Assembly (NCBI GenBank): GCA_041641295.1
Contig: JBEPYO010000001.1
Location: 1,216,001-1,280,000 of the forward strand
DNA: 64,000 bases
DNA from: Nitrososphaerota archaeon
GTDB taxonomy: Archaea; Thermoproteota; Nitrososphaeria_A; Caldarchaeales; Calditenuaceae
Direction of reading: 5' to 3'
The translations under genes and the position numbers were made by a program. Numbering within the stretch: the first letter of the stretch is position 1; each line of letters opens with the position of its first letter. The notes under the pieces are model-generated. The model did no database searches, had not been told where the DNA came from, and saw only the letters and a list, made by a program, of their open reading frames with translations. This document shows positions 18,609 to 29,462 of the stretch, piece after piece.

Positions 18609-21290
18609 ATGAGGTCGCGGAATAGTTTTGCCGTAATCCTTATTACAGCCGCCTTGTTGATACCAGCCCTAATCTTAAGCGCATCCGCGCAGGCCGAGCT
18701 AAAGGGCCCGTGGGTCGATGAAGTGGTCTTCTTCATCGAGCAGGACCAAGCCAAAGCCATCGATATGCTGTTGAAGAACGAGATACAGGCTTACTTTAGG
18801 GATCTGAGAGACCCTGAACTTTTCAAACGCGTGCGTGAATCGCCAGAGCTTACATACGCTATGTCCTATGGCCTCTACTATGAGCTGACTTTCAACCCTG
18901 TCGGGCCAGAATTCCCAGCCACAGGTAAGCTAAACCCATTCTCAGTTCCGCGGATAAGAGAGGCCATGAACTATCTGGTTGACAGAAACTACATTGCGAA
19001 TGAGATAATGGGCGGTTTAGCTGTCCCGAGATATACAGCACTATCTCCTTCATTCCCCGATTATGCACGCTACGCCGATATCTTAAGAAGAATTGAGAGA
19101 GAATATTCCTACGACTTTGACAAGGCAAGATCTATTATAGGTGAAGAAATGCTCAAGTTAGGTGCTGAATTACGAGAAGGGAAGTGGTATTACAAAGGTG
19201 AACCCGTAACCCTGATCTTCTTGATTAGGGTTGAGGACCAGCGAAGGCAGATAGGAGACTATATTGCGTCACAGCTTGAGAAGCTTGGATTCACTGTAGA
19301 TAGACAGTATAAGACAAGTAGGGAGGCCTCGCCAATCTGGTTGAGGGGAAATCCAGCCGATGGGCAATGGCATATATACACCGGCGGGTGGAGAACAACA
19401 TCTGTCTCTAGAGATGAAGGAGATAACTTCGGCTTCTTCTATACGCCGCGGGGACAACCGGTTCCCCTATGGCAAGCATACAAGCCCGACCCTGAATTCG
19501 ATCAAGCCGCAGCTAAGTTATGGAACAGAGAGTTCAAGAGCATTGAAGAGAGAAACATGTTAATGGAAAAGGCTATTGTATTGTCAATGAAGGACTCTGT
19601 GAGAGTTTGGTTGGTGCACCAGACAGCTCCTTGGGCAGCTAGAAAAGATATCGCACTGACATATGATCTTGCAGCAGGCTACTCTGGGGCCAGACTGTGG
19701 CCTTATACAATTAAGTATGTCGACCGTACTGGTGGAAGCGTAAAAATAGCTTCCTCCGACCTTCTCGTTGAACCTATAAACCCTGTCGCAGGAAGCAACT
19801 GGGTGTACGACGCAATGTTCTACAGGGCGACCAGCGACCCAGCTGTTATGCCAGACCCCTATACAGGATTATACCTACCTAACAGAATAACTAAAGCAGA
19901 GGTTTATGCGATTGAAGGCACACCTATGACCTCAACCCTCGATTACGTTACGTTAAGATTTGTTCCAGAGATTAAGGTGCCAGAAGATGCTTGGTACGGT
20001 TGGGATGCTGAAAAGCAAGAAATAATCACCGCACCGCCTGGAACTACCGCGAAAACTAGGACAGTGGTATATTTCGAGCCAGGTTTGTTCGAAACGAAGT
20101 TCCACGATGGAAGTACACTCTCATTAGCCGACATCATTTTCAGCTACATTCTAACATTTGATAGGGCTGATGAGAATAGCCCTGTCTTCGACGAGTCATA
20201 CGTACCAGTCTTCGAAGAGTTCAGGGCGACATTCAAGGGGTTCAAAATAATCAGTGTCGATCCATTAGTTATAGAGTACTACTCCGATGCAACCTATCTT
20301 GATGCTGAGTGGCAAGTAAATGCGGCAGCTTCGGCCTTCTTCCCAGACTACGCGTACGGCCCCGGTCCATGGCACACAATTGCTGTAGCATGGCTTGCAG
20401 AAGCCAACGGTGAGCTTGCATTCTCAGCAGATAAAGCTGAATCACAGAAGGTTGAATGGACCAGCTTTGTAGCAGGCCCATCAATCGACATACTCAAGAA
20501 ATATTTAGACATGGCAATCGAGCAAAACTTCATACCATACGACAAGGTACTTAGCCAGTACTTATCACCCCAAGAAGTGGCACAAAGATACAACAACCTA
20601 AAAAGATGGGTAGAGAGTAAGGGGCACTTCCTTGTCGGCAATGGGCCGTTCTACCTAGACAAGGTGGACCCAACCGCGAAGATAGTTGTCCTGAAGGCTT
20701 TCCGGGAATTTCCAGACCCACCGACGAAATGGGCTATCTTCACTGAACCTTTAATACCCGAGGTCAAGGTTCTAACTACACCCACAATCGAGACAGGCTT
20801 CCCAGCTGAGGTCACTTTCTCGATCACTTTCAAAGGACAGCCATACCGTGACGAAGATATAGCATTTGTAAAATACGTCCTCACAAGCTCTGTAGGGACC
20901 TCGATTGGATTCGCTGAGCCAATAGGAGGAGGAAATTGGAGGGTTGTGCTCAAGCCTGAGGAGACTTATAAACTACCAACAGGTGCAGTTCAGCTCGAGT
21001 TAATCACAGTGTCAAAGCGTGTAGGAATACCAGTTAGCACATCTACAACTCTTAACGTCCTAAGCTTTAAAGAGGGCATATTAAGCGAGCTGGCGAAGGC
21101 GCGGGCCGATCTCGAGGCTCGGATAGCTAGGCTAGACTCCCAAATGAATACACTCAGCAGCAGTGTCAACAAGGTGACTTCAGGTGTCGAAAGTTTACAA
21201 GGAACGCTTAACATTGCGATAGGCCTAGCGGTGGCTGCCATAGCCATATCGTTGGTAGGTATATCAATAGGTCTAATGAGGAGAAAGTAG
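18609..21290 (+). CDS. oppA: ABC transporter family-5 substrate-binding protein with C-terminal coiled coil and membrane anchor
   Basis: Signal peptide, NPFSVPRIREAMNYLVDR, FHDG, GNGPFYL, C-terminal TM followed by RRK. TTATAAA about 40 nt upstream favours ATG 18609. Confidence 0.9.
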   Translation: MRSRNSFAVILITAALLIPALILSASAQAELKGPWVDEVVFFIEQDQAKAIDMLLKNEIQAYFRDLRDPELFKRVRESPELTYAMSYGLYYELTFNPVGPEFPATGKLNPFSVPRIREAMNYLVDRNYIANEIMGGLAVPRYTALSPSFPDYARYADILRRIEREYSYDFDKARSIIGEEMLKLGAELREGKWYYKGEPVTLIFLIRVEDQRRQIGDYIASQLEKLGFTVDRQYKTSREASPIWLRGNPADGQWHIYTGGWRTTSVSRDEGDNFGFFYTPRGQPVPLWQAYKPDPEFDQAAAKLWNREFKSIEERNMLMEKAIVLSMKDSVRVWLVHQTAPWAARKDIALTYDLAAGYSGARLWPYTIKYVDRTGGSVKIASSDLLVEPINPVAGSNWVYDAMFYRATSDPAVMPDPYTGLYLPNRITKAEVYAIEGTPMTSTLDYVTLRFVPEIKVPEDAWYGWDAEKQEIITAPPGTTAKTRTVVYFEPGLFETKFHDGSTLSLADIIFSYILTFDRADENSPVFDESYVPVFEEFRATFKGFKIISVDPLVIEYYSDATYLDAEWQVNAAASAFFPDYAYGPGPWHTIAVAWLAEANGELAFSADKAESQKVEWTSFVAGPSIDILKKYLDMAIEQNFIPYDKVLSQYLSPQEVAQRYNNLKRWVESKGHFLVGNGPFYLDKVDPTAKIVVLKAFREFPDPPTKWAIFTEPLIPEVKVLTTPTIETGFPAEVTFSITFKGQPYRDEDIAFVKYVLTSSVGTSIGFAEPIGGGNWRVVLKPEETYKLPTGAVQLELITVSKRVGIPVSTSTTLNVLSFKEGILSELAKARADLEARIARLDSQMNTLSSSVNKVTSGVESLQGTLNIAIGLAVAAIAISLVGISIGLMRRK

Positions 21291-21333
21291 TCAAAAACAT
21301 CTTTATATATTTTTTAACCCCCAATATGGTTGG

Positions 21334-22404
21334 ATGAAAATCCCGCCTGTGACACTGCTTTTGCTGAAGCGTGCAGTTACCATAATGATAACAGTAGTGC
21401 TGGCTGTCTACATCACCATATACGTGGCTAACATGGGCGGCTATGTTGACGAGATTGTTAAGGGTGAAGCACTGCTCAGGGTCTCACAGGCAGTGAGGGC
21501 AAACCCGGCTTATAGGAGTTTAAATGAGACGCAGATCAGGAATCTTATAGATCGATTATACCAAAACGAGCTAGAAAGGCTTGGATTTGATCAACCCTTT
21601 ATTGTCAGGAGCATTAACTATTTACGTGATGCCTTAACGCTTGACCTTGGTAGGTCTCTGTTCATAAGCAGCGATAGTGGCTCGAGAAGTGTGAGAATAA
21701 TTATTGCGGAAAGACTTCCAAACACCGTTCTACTTTTCACAACTGTACAACTGTTACTTTTCTTCCTAGGACTTTTTACTGGGCTCCTCCTGAGCCGTAA
21801 ATACGGCAGTAAGCTAGACAGATTGGTTGCACTATTAACGCCAATGTCTTCCCTGCCAGGCTGGTTTTATGGGCTATTCCTCATACTGATATTCGCATCT
21901 ATACTCCGCATACTACCTTACGGAGGAATGGTTGACATACCTCCACCAACTGATAGGCTTCAATACGCATTAAGTGTTGCGCGGCACATGATACTTCCAA
22001 TTATGTCGTGGCTAACGGCGTATTTCTTTATAAGTGCATACACGCGTAGAACCTTCTTTCTGATATTTTCAAGTGAAGACTACGTCGAAGTGGCTAGGGC
22101 TAGAGGAATACCTGAATCAGTCGTGAGAAGAAGATACATACTTAGGCCAACACTACCCCCAATCATAACAGATCTGTCTCTAACACTTATTGCGTCGTGG
22201 ACAGGTGCAATTATAACCGAGACAGTGTTCAACTGGCCAGGTGTGGGAAGCCTTTTCTATGTCGCCTCGGTCTTCTTCGACACACCCGTACTGGTAGGTC
22301 TCGTAGTTATATACGCCTATCTGCTTGCTACAACGGTGTTTGTCTTGGAATTTGTCTATGCCATCTTAGATCCGAGAGTTAGGGCAGGTGTGTTGGCTAG
22401 ATGA
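21334..22404 (+). CDS. oppB: Oligopeptide ABC permease
   Basis: LDLGRS, ERLPNT, DYVEVARARG, ETVFNWPGVG, LDPRVR. Confidence 0.92.
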   Translation: MKIPPVTLLLLKRAVTIMITVVLAVYITIYVANMGGYVDEIVKGEALLRVSQAVRANPAYRSLNETQIRNLIDRLYQNELERLGFDQPFIVRSINYLRDALTLDLGRSLFISSDSGSRSVRIIIAERLPNTVLLFTTVQLLLFFLGLFTGLLLSRKYGSKLDRLVALLTPMSSLPGWFYGLFLILIFASILRILPYGGMVDIPPPTDRLQYALSVARHMILPIMSWLTAYFFISAYTRRTFFLIFSSEDYVEVARARGIPESVVRRRYILRPTLPPIITDLSLTLIASWTGAIITETVFNWPGVGSLFYVASVFFDTPVLVGLVVIYAYLLATTVFVLEFVYAILDPRVRAGVLAR

Positions 22405-23792
22405 TGAGTCTCAGGCCCATATTACGCTATAGATCATTGTTGATAGGGGCAGCGATATTGTGTGTGTTTATAATCGTATCAATATTCACCATCATTACAA
22501 TCCCTTACGAGGAGGCAGCTAGATTGTGGAGGGCCGGCGAGCAAACTTGGCTTGAAAATCCCCGAAACGCCGTGCCAAGCTGGGTCAATTTGTTCAGCCC
22601 CATTAAGCTTCCCGAAACAATAGTGCTAGACACCGAGTCGAATAGCTTGAATGTTATCAAGATATCTGCGCCAGCCGGCGAGAATATAAAGATAATACGT
22701 GTAGAGATGAGGTTTGATTATGAATATGACACTCCCCCGAGCGAAATAAACCTCTTTTTCAAATCTACATACAATTCTTCACCGCCACAGCTGACAATAT
22801 CTTGGATAAGACCGGATGGTGTACAATTTGATTTAAAGAAAATGACAATATCTAGAGATGATAAGTTCTATATTTCGGCCGATACCGAACTTAATGCAGC
22901 GCTCAACCGCATCATAGAAGATAAACTCGGTGCAAAACCACCATACAGTATTTCAACCACCTCTGTATTATTCGGAGTAATAAACGAATCTATTCTAACC
23001 TCAGAATCGGTTGAAACATTAAAAGGTGGGTATAGATTACTAATCGAAGGGCTTTTATTCGAGCCTACTGCTGACTTTGATGCAAAACTGGTCGTTTATG
23101 GGAAAGTTTACGGGTGGGCAGGAACGGATCATTTGCGGCGTGATATAGGTATAGCACTTCTGTGGGGAACTCCGATCGCATTGTTATTCGGAGTTTCCGC
23201 GGCTGTCTCTATTGCGTTGATACAGATGAGTATAGGGGCGGTGAGTGCGTGGTTCAGAGGTGCTGTAGACACATTCATGCAGAGAATTACGGAAATATTC
23301 CTCGTCCTTCCATTCCTACCAGTCCTTATTATGATCTCAACACTTTATGAGATTAACATCTGGACAATCCTGTTAGTAGTTATTTTATTAAGCTCTTTTG
23401 GACCCGGTGTTAAAAACTACCGCGCGCTGTTTATGCAGCTTAGGGAATCACCTTATGTAGAGGCTGCACGCGCCTACGGCGCTGGAGACTTTCGGATTCT
23501 AATCTTACACTTGATACCACGCGTGCTACCTACAATGATACCCTCTATCGTCTTGTCAGCTGCAGAGTTTGTATTTTTAGAAGCCGCGCTAGCGATACTT
23601 GGGATAGGCGATCCAATTGCCCCCACATGGGGGAAAGTCATACAAGACGCTTTCTACAACGGTGCATTGTTCAAGGGACAATACTACTGGGTGCTAATAC
23701 CATCCGCTCTCCTGGCATCGACTTCAATAAGTTTTGCTTTAATTGGCTTCACGCTGGACAAAATATTTAACCCCAAGTTGAAAGAGATATGA
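22401..23792 (+). CDS. oppC: Oligopeptide ABC permease with large extracellular insert
   Basis: GTDHLRRD, YVEAARAYGA, PTWG, YYWVLIP, FNPKLK. Confidence 0.92.
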   Translation: MMSLRPILRYRSLLIGAAILCVFIIVSIFTIITIPYEEAARLWRAGEQTWLENPRNAVPSWVNLFSPIKLPETIVLDTESNSLNVIKISAPAGENIKIIRVEMRFDYEYDTPPSEINLFFKSTYNSSPPQLTISWIRPDGVQFDLKKMTISRDDKFYISADTELNAALNRIIEDKLGAKPPYSISTTSVLFGVINESILTSESVETLKGGYRLLIEGLLFEPTADFDAKLVVYGKVYGWAGTDHLRRDIGIALLWGTPIALLFGVSAAVSIALIQMSIGAVSAWFRGAVDTFMQRITEIFLVLPFLPVLIMISTLYEINIWTILLVVILLSSFGPGVKNYRALFMQLRESPYVEAARAYGAGDFRILILHLIPRVLPTMIPSIVLSAAEFVFLEAALAILGIGDPIAPTWGKVIQDAFYNGALFKGQYYWVLIPSALLASTSISFALIGFTLDKIFNPKLKEI

Positions 23793-24040
23793 AAGCTTAT
23801 CACCTACTTCCTCAACTCTCTATAAAAGTGTTGAAGAAGGAGAGAGCCGCCTACGAGATCTTTGTTGGAGCTATATTACTCATAAGTGGCTTCGTAGCGT
23901 CATTCCTGATGGTGGTAGGTATATTAGAGAGAGATATAGCTCTAAGCCTGCTTGCTTATTCAATGTCCTTGGCAGGGTTGGTGGTTGGGCTACATGGGGT
24001 CTTGGGTTGGGTTGGACGTAAGGAGGGTCCAGAGGGGTGA
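23789..24040 (+). CDS. Small two-TM membrane protein within the opp operon
   Basis: ATGA overlap with oppC; two hydrophobic helices. Confidence 0.65.
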   Translation: MKAYHLLPQLSIKVLKKERAAYEIFVGAILLISGFVASFLMVVGILERDIALSLLAYSMSLAGLVVGLHGVLGWVGRKEGPEG

Positions 24041-24052
24041 AAGAAAGGGAAC

Positions 24053-25030
24053 ATGGAAGACAATGTAATTTTAGATGTGAAAGATCTGGTACTATACTAT
24101 TCTACCCTTAGGGGGACGGTCAAAGCCGTCGATGGTATAAGTTTTGAACTAAAACAGGGCGAAACTCTCGCTATAGTGGGTGAGAGCGGTTCGGGGAAAT
24201 CATCTACAGCTCAGGCTATAGTTAGAATCCTTCCAAGAAATGTGGCAAAGTATACTGGTTCAATTATTTTTAATGGCGCGGATATTATGAAACTTGACGA
24301 TGAAGAATTTAGGAAAAAGGTGCGGGTAGGGGGTATCTCCATGGTTTTTCAGGGGGCAATGAATTCCCTCAACCCGGTTATGCGGGTTGAAGACCAAGTC
24401 GCAGAACCATTGCTGATAAACATGAGTTATAGTAAGAAAGAGGCGTTGACTGAGAGCATTAAGGCTTTAAAACTTGTAGGTCTCAGTGAAATGGTCGGAA
24501 AAAGGTATCCGCACGAGCTTAGCGGCGGAATGAAGCAGCGAGTTTTAATAGCGATGTCATTAGTTACAAAACCGAAGGTAATAATCTTGGACGAACCCAC
24601 CTCTGCGCTAGATGTAATCTCCCAAGCAAACATAATGAATCTTCTTAAAAAACTGAAAGCCGAGATGAAATTTTCATATATCTTCATAACCCACGACTTA
24701 GGACTTGCATCCGAGATAGCCGACAGGGTAGCCGTCATGTATGCCGGAAAAATCATAGAGTTAGGGTCTTCCGAGTCTGTTTACCTCACACCTAAGCATC
24801 CTTACACACAACTACTTCTTAATAGCGTTCCAACCCTAAGGGAGAATAGGCCTCCTACATCCATACCCGGAGAGCCTCCGGACCTTGTAAATCCTCCGAA
24901 AGGGTGCAGCTTCCATCCTAGGTGTCCTTTCGCCATTAAAGGAAAATGCGATGTAGAGGAACCTGATATTATAGAAATTAGAGACGGCCATCAAGTCAAA
25001 TGCTGGCTTTTTGAGGGTGAGAAAGGATGA
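24053..25030 (+). CDS. oppD: Oligopeptide ABC ATPase
   Basis: [33 protein letters not shown]. Confidence 0.92.
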   Translation: MEDNVILDVKDLVLYYSTLRGTVKAVDGISFELKQGETLAIVGESGSGKSSTAQAIVRILPRNVAKYTGSIIFNGADIMKLDDEEFRKKVRVGGISMVFQGAMNSLNPVMRVEDQVAEPLLINMSYSKKEALTESIKALKLVGLSEMVGKRYPHELSGGMKQRVLIAMSLVTKPKVIILDEPTSALDVISQANIMNLLKKLKAEMKFSYIFITHDLGLASEIADRVAVMYAGKIIELGSSESVYLTPKHPYTQLLLNSVPTLRENRPPTSIPGEPPDLVNPPKGCSFHPRCPFAIKGKCDVEEPDIIEIRDGHQVKCWLFEGEKG

Positions 25031-26043
25031 GTAGTGGAGATAATATCGTTGTGTTGGAGAATGTTAAGGTGTATTTTCCAATAAGAAAAATCTTTTCTGT
25101 CGTGGGTTATGTCAGGGCTGTTGATGGTGTAAGTTTGACGATTAAAAAGGGGGAAGTACTTGCGTTGGTTGGTGAAAGCGGTTCAGGCAAAACTACACTT
25201 GGAAAGGCAATTATAGGCTTGGTCAGGCCTACTGATGGGAAAATCTTTTTTGATGGCGTCAACATTTGCGAATTATCTGAGAAAGAATTAAAGCAATTAA
25301 GACGTAGGGTAGGAGTTATCTTCCAAGATCCATTCTCCAGCCTCAATCCAGGGTTTACCATATTCAGGTCTGTTGAAGAACCGCTGGTAGTTAATAAGAT
25401 CGGTAATAAACAGGAGAGAAGAGAGAGGGTATTAAAGGCATTAAGTGATGTCAAGCTCAATCCCCCTGATTTTTTCGCCTCTAAATATCCACACATGCTT
25501 AGTGGTGGTCAGCGTCAGAGGGCGGCAATTGCGCGAGCGATAATCTCTAACCCAGACTTCATCGTGGCTGATGAACCTGTCACGATGCTCGACGCATCGA
25601 TAAGAGTTGAAATACTCCGTCTTTTGAGGGAAATTCAGCACAAATATGGGCTAACCATACTCTATATAACACATGACATGGCCACAGCCAAATATTTCGC
25701 AGACAGGATAGCCATCATGTATGCTGGTAAAATTGTTGAATTAGGTCCCAGTAGAAGCGTTTTAGAGAATCCGCATCATCCGTACACACAGTCACTTATT
25801 GAGGCTATACCTGATCCAGATCCTGCTAATCGTTTTAGGCTTAGAGAAGTGATTCTTGGTGAACCGCCGAGTCTGATAAATCCGCCACAGGGATGTAGAT
25901 TCTACCCGCGATGTCGATTCTTCATGAAGGGGAAGTGTGACGTTCTCGAGCCGCCACTTTATAGATCTGCTAATGAGAGGTTGGTTGCCTGCTACCTCTA
26001 TGAGACAGGGATGTCCGAAACAAACCGACCTAAGCATGAGTAA
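25027..26043 (+). CDS. oppF: Oligopeptide ABC ATPase
   Basis: GESGSGKT, LSGGQRQR, GCRFYPRC. Confidence 0.92.
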   Translation: MSSGDNIVVLENVKVYFPIRKIFSVVGYVRAVDGVSLTIKKGEVLALVGESGSGKTTLGKAIIGLVRPTDGKIFFDGVNICELSEKELKQLRRRVGVIFQDPFSSLNPGFTIFRSVEEPLVVNKIGNKQERRERVLKALSDVKLNPPDFFASKYPHMLSGGQRQRAAIARAIISNPDFIVADEPVTMLDASIRVEILRLLREIQHKYGLTILYITHDMATAKYFADRIAIMYAGKIVELGPSRSVLENPHHPYTQSLIEAIPDPDPANRFRLREVILGEPPSLINPPQGCRFYPRCRFFMKGKCDVLEPPLYRSANERLVACYLYETGMSETNRPKHE

Positions 26044-26147
26044 ATAGCCTCAATCTTTGATTAGATAGTACGTATTGTATGTCTTCTCATTAGGTCTGGT
26101 TATATGAATTAGGTTCTGGACTTGTCGCCGAGTATTGGTGTGTCGCA

Positions 26148-26277
26148 TTGACGAGGAATGTCCAAGCAGCGGCTCAGAGTTAGCTGACGGTAGCCCAAAT
26201 AGTCGTGGCTCTTGCAGTGGTGGCCGTCATTCTGTCGGTGATCTCGGTAGCTAGGTGGCCTAAGGCCTCCGGCATAG
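26148..26277 (+). pseudogene. Decayed C-terminal anchor of a second substrate-binding (OppA-like) protein
   Basis: Reads LTRNVQAAAQS*LTVAQIVVALAVVAVILSVISVARWPKAS with an in-frame TAG. It resembles the coiled-coil/TM tail of the intact oppA and is followed by a T-rich tract. Confidence 0.5.
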
Positions 26278-26464
26278 AACCCAGCCTCAACCCTTCTTTT
26301 TTAAGCACATTTTTAGCCCCACTTCCTGCAAACCGAATATCATTTTGATAAAAAAATTGCATATATTCAGACATTTTTTACAAATTGAGCCGGTTTTTGG
26401 AGAACATCTGACGGTACATTTATATTAACCTGCGGCGTCTCGGTTTACTTAAAGTGAGCTAGTC

Positions 26465-27685
26465 ATGGTGGATGCTGGTGATACCGCGTGGGTATTGGTC
26501 TCGGCTGCGCTGGTAATGTTGATGACTCCGGGTCTCGGCTTCTTCTACGCTGGTCTCTCGAGGAGGAAGAACGTCGTGGCTGTCCTGATGCAGTGCTTTA
26601 TAGCTGTGGCTACAATATCCGTTATCTGGGCGCTCTGGGGGTATAGCTTGGCTTTTGGCCCCAGCCGCGGAGGATTTATAGGGGGTCTCGAATGGTTTGG
26701 CCTTGCCGGAGTTGGCGGCGAGCCTAACCCTGACTACGCGGCCACTATTCCACACTCAACCTACATGCTGTTTCAAGCGATGTTCGCCATAATTACGCCA
26801 GCACTGATAGTGGGCGCATTTGCTGAGCGGGTAAGGTTCGGGCCGTTCCTACTGTTTCTTGTCCTATGGTCTACGCTTGTATACGCACCAATAGCCCATT
26901 GGGTCTGGGGCGTTGGGGGCTGGCTGAGAAGTTTAGGTGCCCTCGACTTCGCTGGCGGTACGGTCGTCCACATAAGCTCCGGAGTCTCGGCCCTTGTGGC
27001 GGCGATGGTGATTGGGAGGCGAATAGGTTATGGTAGCTTCGCGATGGAGCCAAGCAGCCCCACACTCGTCATACTGGGTGCGGGGCTCCTGTGGTTTGGC
27101 TGGTTCGGCTTCAACGGTGGCAGCGCATTGGCCTCAGGTGGTCTAGCCTCGAACGCTTTTATGGTCACACACCTAGCCGCCTCGGCAGCAGCTCTGGCTT
27201 GGATGGTGGCGGGCTGGATACACAAGGGCAAGCCCAGCAGTATTGGGGCTGCGAGCGGAGCTGTGGCAGGTCTAGTAGCCATAACGCCTGCCTCGGGCTT
27301 TGTCGGTCCTCAGGCGGCCCTGGTGATAGGCGGGTTAGCCGGAATCCTATGCTATGCGGGTGTCAATTTGAGGGCTTTGCTCGGTGTTGATGACTCGCTT
27401 GATGTCTGGGGTGTCCACGGTGTCGGTGGTACGTGGGGGGCGATAGCAACGGGAATATTCGCAGATGCCTCGATAAACCCGGCGGGAGCCAATGGCCTTC
27501 TTTTAGGCAATCCGTCATTACTGGGGGTGCAGCTTATAGGTGTGGCCGCAACTTGGGCCTACGCTGGCCTCATGACTTTCATCATAGTCAAGCTGGTGGA
27601 CAGGCTGGTAGGGCTGCGGGTTAAGCCAATGGAGGAAATGATAGGGCTGGATATAACGCAGCACGGTGAATACGTGGTTGTGTAG
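26465..27685 (+). CDS. amtB: Ammonium transporter
   Basis: DTAWVL, MTPGLGFFYAG, FQAMFA, DFAGGTVVH, LWFGWFGFNGGS, DDSLDVWGVHG. Confidence 0.97.
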   Translation: MVDAGDTAWVLVSAALVMLMTPGLGFFYAGLSRRKNVVAVLMQCFIAVATISVIWALWGYSLAFGPSRGGFIGGLEWFGLAGVGGEPNPDYAATIPHSTYMLFQAMFAIITPALIVGAFAERVRFGPFLLFLVLWSTLVYAPIAHWVWGVGGWLRSLGALDFAGGTVVHISSGVSALVAAMVIGRRIGYGSFAMEPSSPTLVILGAGLLWFGWFGFNGGSALASGGLASNAFMVTHLAASAAALAWMVAGWIHKGKPSSIGAASGAVAGLVAITPASGFVGPQAALVIGGLAGILCYAGVNLRALLGVDDSLDVWGVHGVGGTWGAIATGIFADASINPAGANGLLLGNPSLLGVQLIGVAATWAYAGLMTFIIVKLVDRLVGLRVKPMEEMIGLDITQHGEYVVV

Positions 27686-27699
27686 GGGGTGAGGGCTGG

Positions 27700-28041
27700 A
27701 TGAAGATGGTGCACGCAGTTATAAGGCCTGAACTCCTTGAGGAGGTAAAAAGGTCTCTTGAGAAGGAGGGATTCTACGGCCTCACGGTCTACGACGTGAG
27801 AGGACGTGGAAGGCAGGACAGCTTCTCTTGGAAGATAAGGGGCAACGTCTACAAGATAGACCTGCTGCCCAAGCTAAAGATAGAGATAGTGGTTGAAGAT
27901 GAGCAGGCTCATAGGGTCGCAGAGATTATACAGTCGGCTGCCTCGACTGGCGAGATAGGTGATGGAAAAATATTCATAACGCATGTTGAGGAGGCAATCC
28001 GGATAAGGACGGGTGAACGCGGGCCTGAGGCTGTAAAGTAG
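27700..28041 (+). CDS. glnK: P-II nitrogen regulatory protein
   Basis: AVIRP, GRGRQ, LLPKLKIE, TGEIGDGKIF, RIRTGERG; downstream of amt. Confidence 0.95.
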   Translation: MKMVHAVIRPELLEEVKRSLEKEGFYGLTVYDVRGRGRQDSFSWKIRGNVYKIDLLPKLKIEIVVEDEQAHRVAEIIQSAASTGEIGDGKIFITHVEEAIRIRTGERGPEAVK

Positions 28042-28044
28042 TGC

Positions 28045-29439
28045 CTAGCCTACGCTGCCACTCATCTCAAGCTCTATAAGCCTGTTAAACTCTATCGCAT
28101 ACTCCATAGGGAGTGTTTTTGTGAAGCTCTCTAGGAATCCGAGGACAATCATGTTTAGGGCTTCCTGCTCTGGAATCCCCCTGCTCATCAGGTAGAAGAT
28201 CTGGTCTTCACCTATCCTGCCAACAGTGGCCTCATGCGTAACGGTGGCGTCGTCCTCGTGGATCTCGTTGTACGGGTAGGTATCTGTCCTGGACCGGTCA
28301 TCCAGAATAAGTGCATCGCATCTAACACTTGACTTCACACGCTTAGCACCCCTTGCAACGTGAAGCAAGCCTCTATAGGATGTCCTGCCGCCATCCTTGC
28401 AGACGGACTTAGAGGTTATCCGGCTGGTGGTATCTGGTGCGAGGTGGATTGCCTTGGCGCCTGTGTCTTGGTGCTGGCCCCTTCCCGCAAAGGCGACTGA
28501 GAGGATCTCAGCCCGCGCTCCACGGCCCAGTAGATAGACACTCGGATACTTCATTGTCGCCTTACTCCCTATGTTAGCGTCAACCCACTCGACCACAGCG
28601 TCTTCGTATGCGAAGGCCCTCTTCGTTACGAGGTTGTAAACGTCCGTGCTCCAGTTCTGGAGGGTTGTATACCTTACGTATGCTCCCTTCATGGCAATAA
28701 TCTCTACAACGGCAGAGTGTAGGCTTTCGGAGCTATAGATAGGGGCAGTGCAGCCCTCGATGTAGTGGACCTTGCTTCCAGGCTCGGCTATAATCAACGT
28801 CCTTTCAAACTGGCCTACATTTGCAGCATTAATCCTGAAGTACGCCTGAAGCGGAAACTCGACATGCACGCCCTCTGGGACATAAACGAAGCTCCCCCCA
28901 CTCCAGACGGCAGTGTTTAGTGCCGCGAATTTATTATCATTCGGCGGGACAATTGTCCCGAAGTATCGCTTAACTATTGAGGGATACTCTCGCAGCGCGG
29001 TATCCATGTCGCAGAAAATTACTCCCTGCTTCTCAAGCTCCTTCCTCACATTGTGGTAAACGACCTCCGAGTCATACTGGGCTCCTACGCCTGCGAGAAA
29101 CTTCCTCTCTGCCTCTGGTATCCCTAGCCGGTCAAAGGTCCTCTTTATATATTCGGGAACCTCTTCCCAGCTCTTAAACTTCCTATCAGTTGGGCTTACA
29201 TAGTATCTGATCCTGTCGAAGTCTAGGCCGCTAAGGTCCACTCCCCAATTCGGCATACTCCTCTCAACGAAGTATCTGTAGGCCTTGAGCCGGAGTTCGG
29301 TCATCCAGCCGGGCTCGTCCTTAAGCCTAGAGATCTCTTCGACTACCCGCTCCGAGATTCCTGGTTGGAAGATGTGCTTGTATTCTACCTCGTCTCTGAA
29401 GTTGTATTTGCTGTAGTCAAAACTTATTTCTGCTGTCAT
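28045..29439 (-). CDS. sufB: Fe-S cluster assembly protein SufB
   Basis: [41 protein letters not shown]; no intein. Confidence 0.95.
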   Translation of the reverse strand: MTAEISFDYSKYNFRDEVEYKHIFQPGISERVVEEISRLKDEPGWMTELRLKAYRYFVERSMPNWGVDLSGLDFDRIRYYVSPTDRKFKSWEEVPEYIKRTFDRLGIPEAERKFLAGVGAQYDSEVVYHNVRKELEKQGVIFCDMDTALREYPSIVKRYFGTIVPPNDNKFAALNTAVWSGGSFVYVPEGVHVEFPLQAYFRINAANVGQFERTLIIAEPGSKVHYIEGCTAPIYSSESLHSAVVEIIAMKGAYVRYTTLQNWSTDVYNLVTKRAFAYEDAVVEWVDANIGSKATMKYPSVYLLGRGARAEILSVAFAGRGQHQDTGAKAIHLAPDTTSRITSKSVCKDGGRTSYRGLLHVARGAKRVKSSVRCDALILDDRSRTDTYPYNEIHEDDATVTHEATVGRIGEDQIFYLMSRGIPEQEALNMIVLGFLESFTKTLPMEYAIEFNRLIELEMSGSVG

Positions 29440-29449
29440 TAGATTCGAT

Positions 29450-29462
29450 ATAACAGTGTTAT
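29450..29462. promoter_or_regulatory. Palindrome ATAACA-G-TGTTAT between the sufB TATA box and start codon
   Basis: Read directly; minus-strand TATA-like CTTATATA at about 29468-29475. Confidence 0.35.

Noticed and set aside
26181-26183. In-frame TAG as pyrrolysine recoding
   Set aside because: No start or intact upstream frame and no pyl genes in the window; decay is the simpler explanation.
26180-26374. 64-aa minus-strand ORF
   Set aside because: Antisense of the hydrophobic remnant and the amt promoter.
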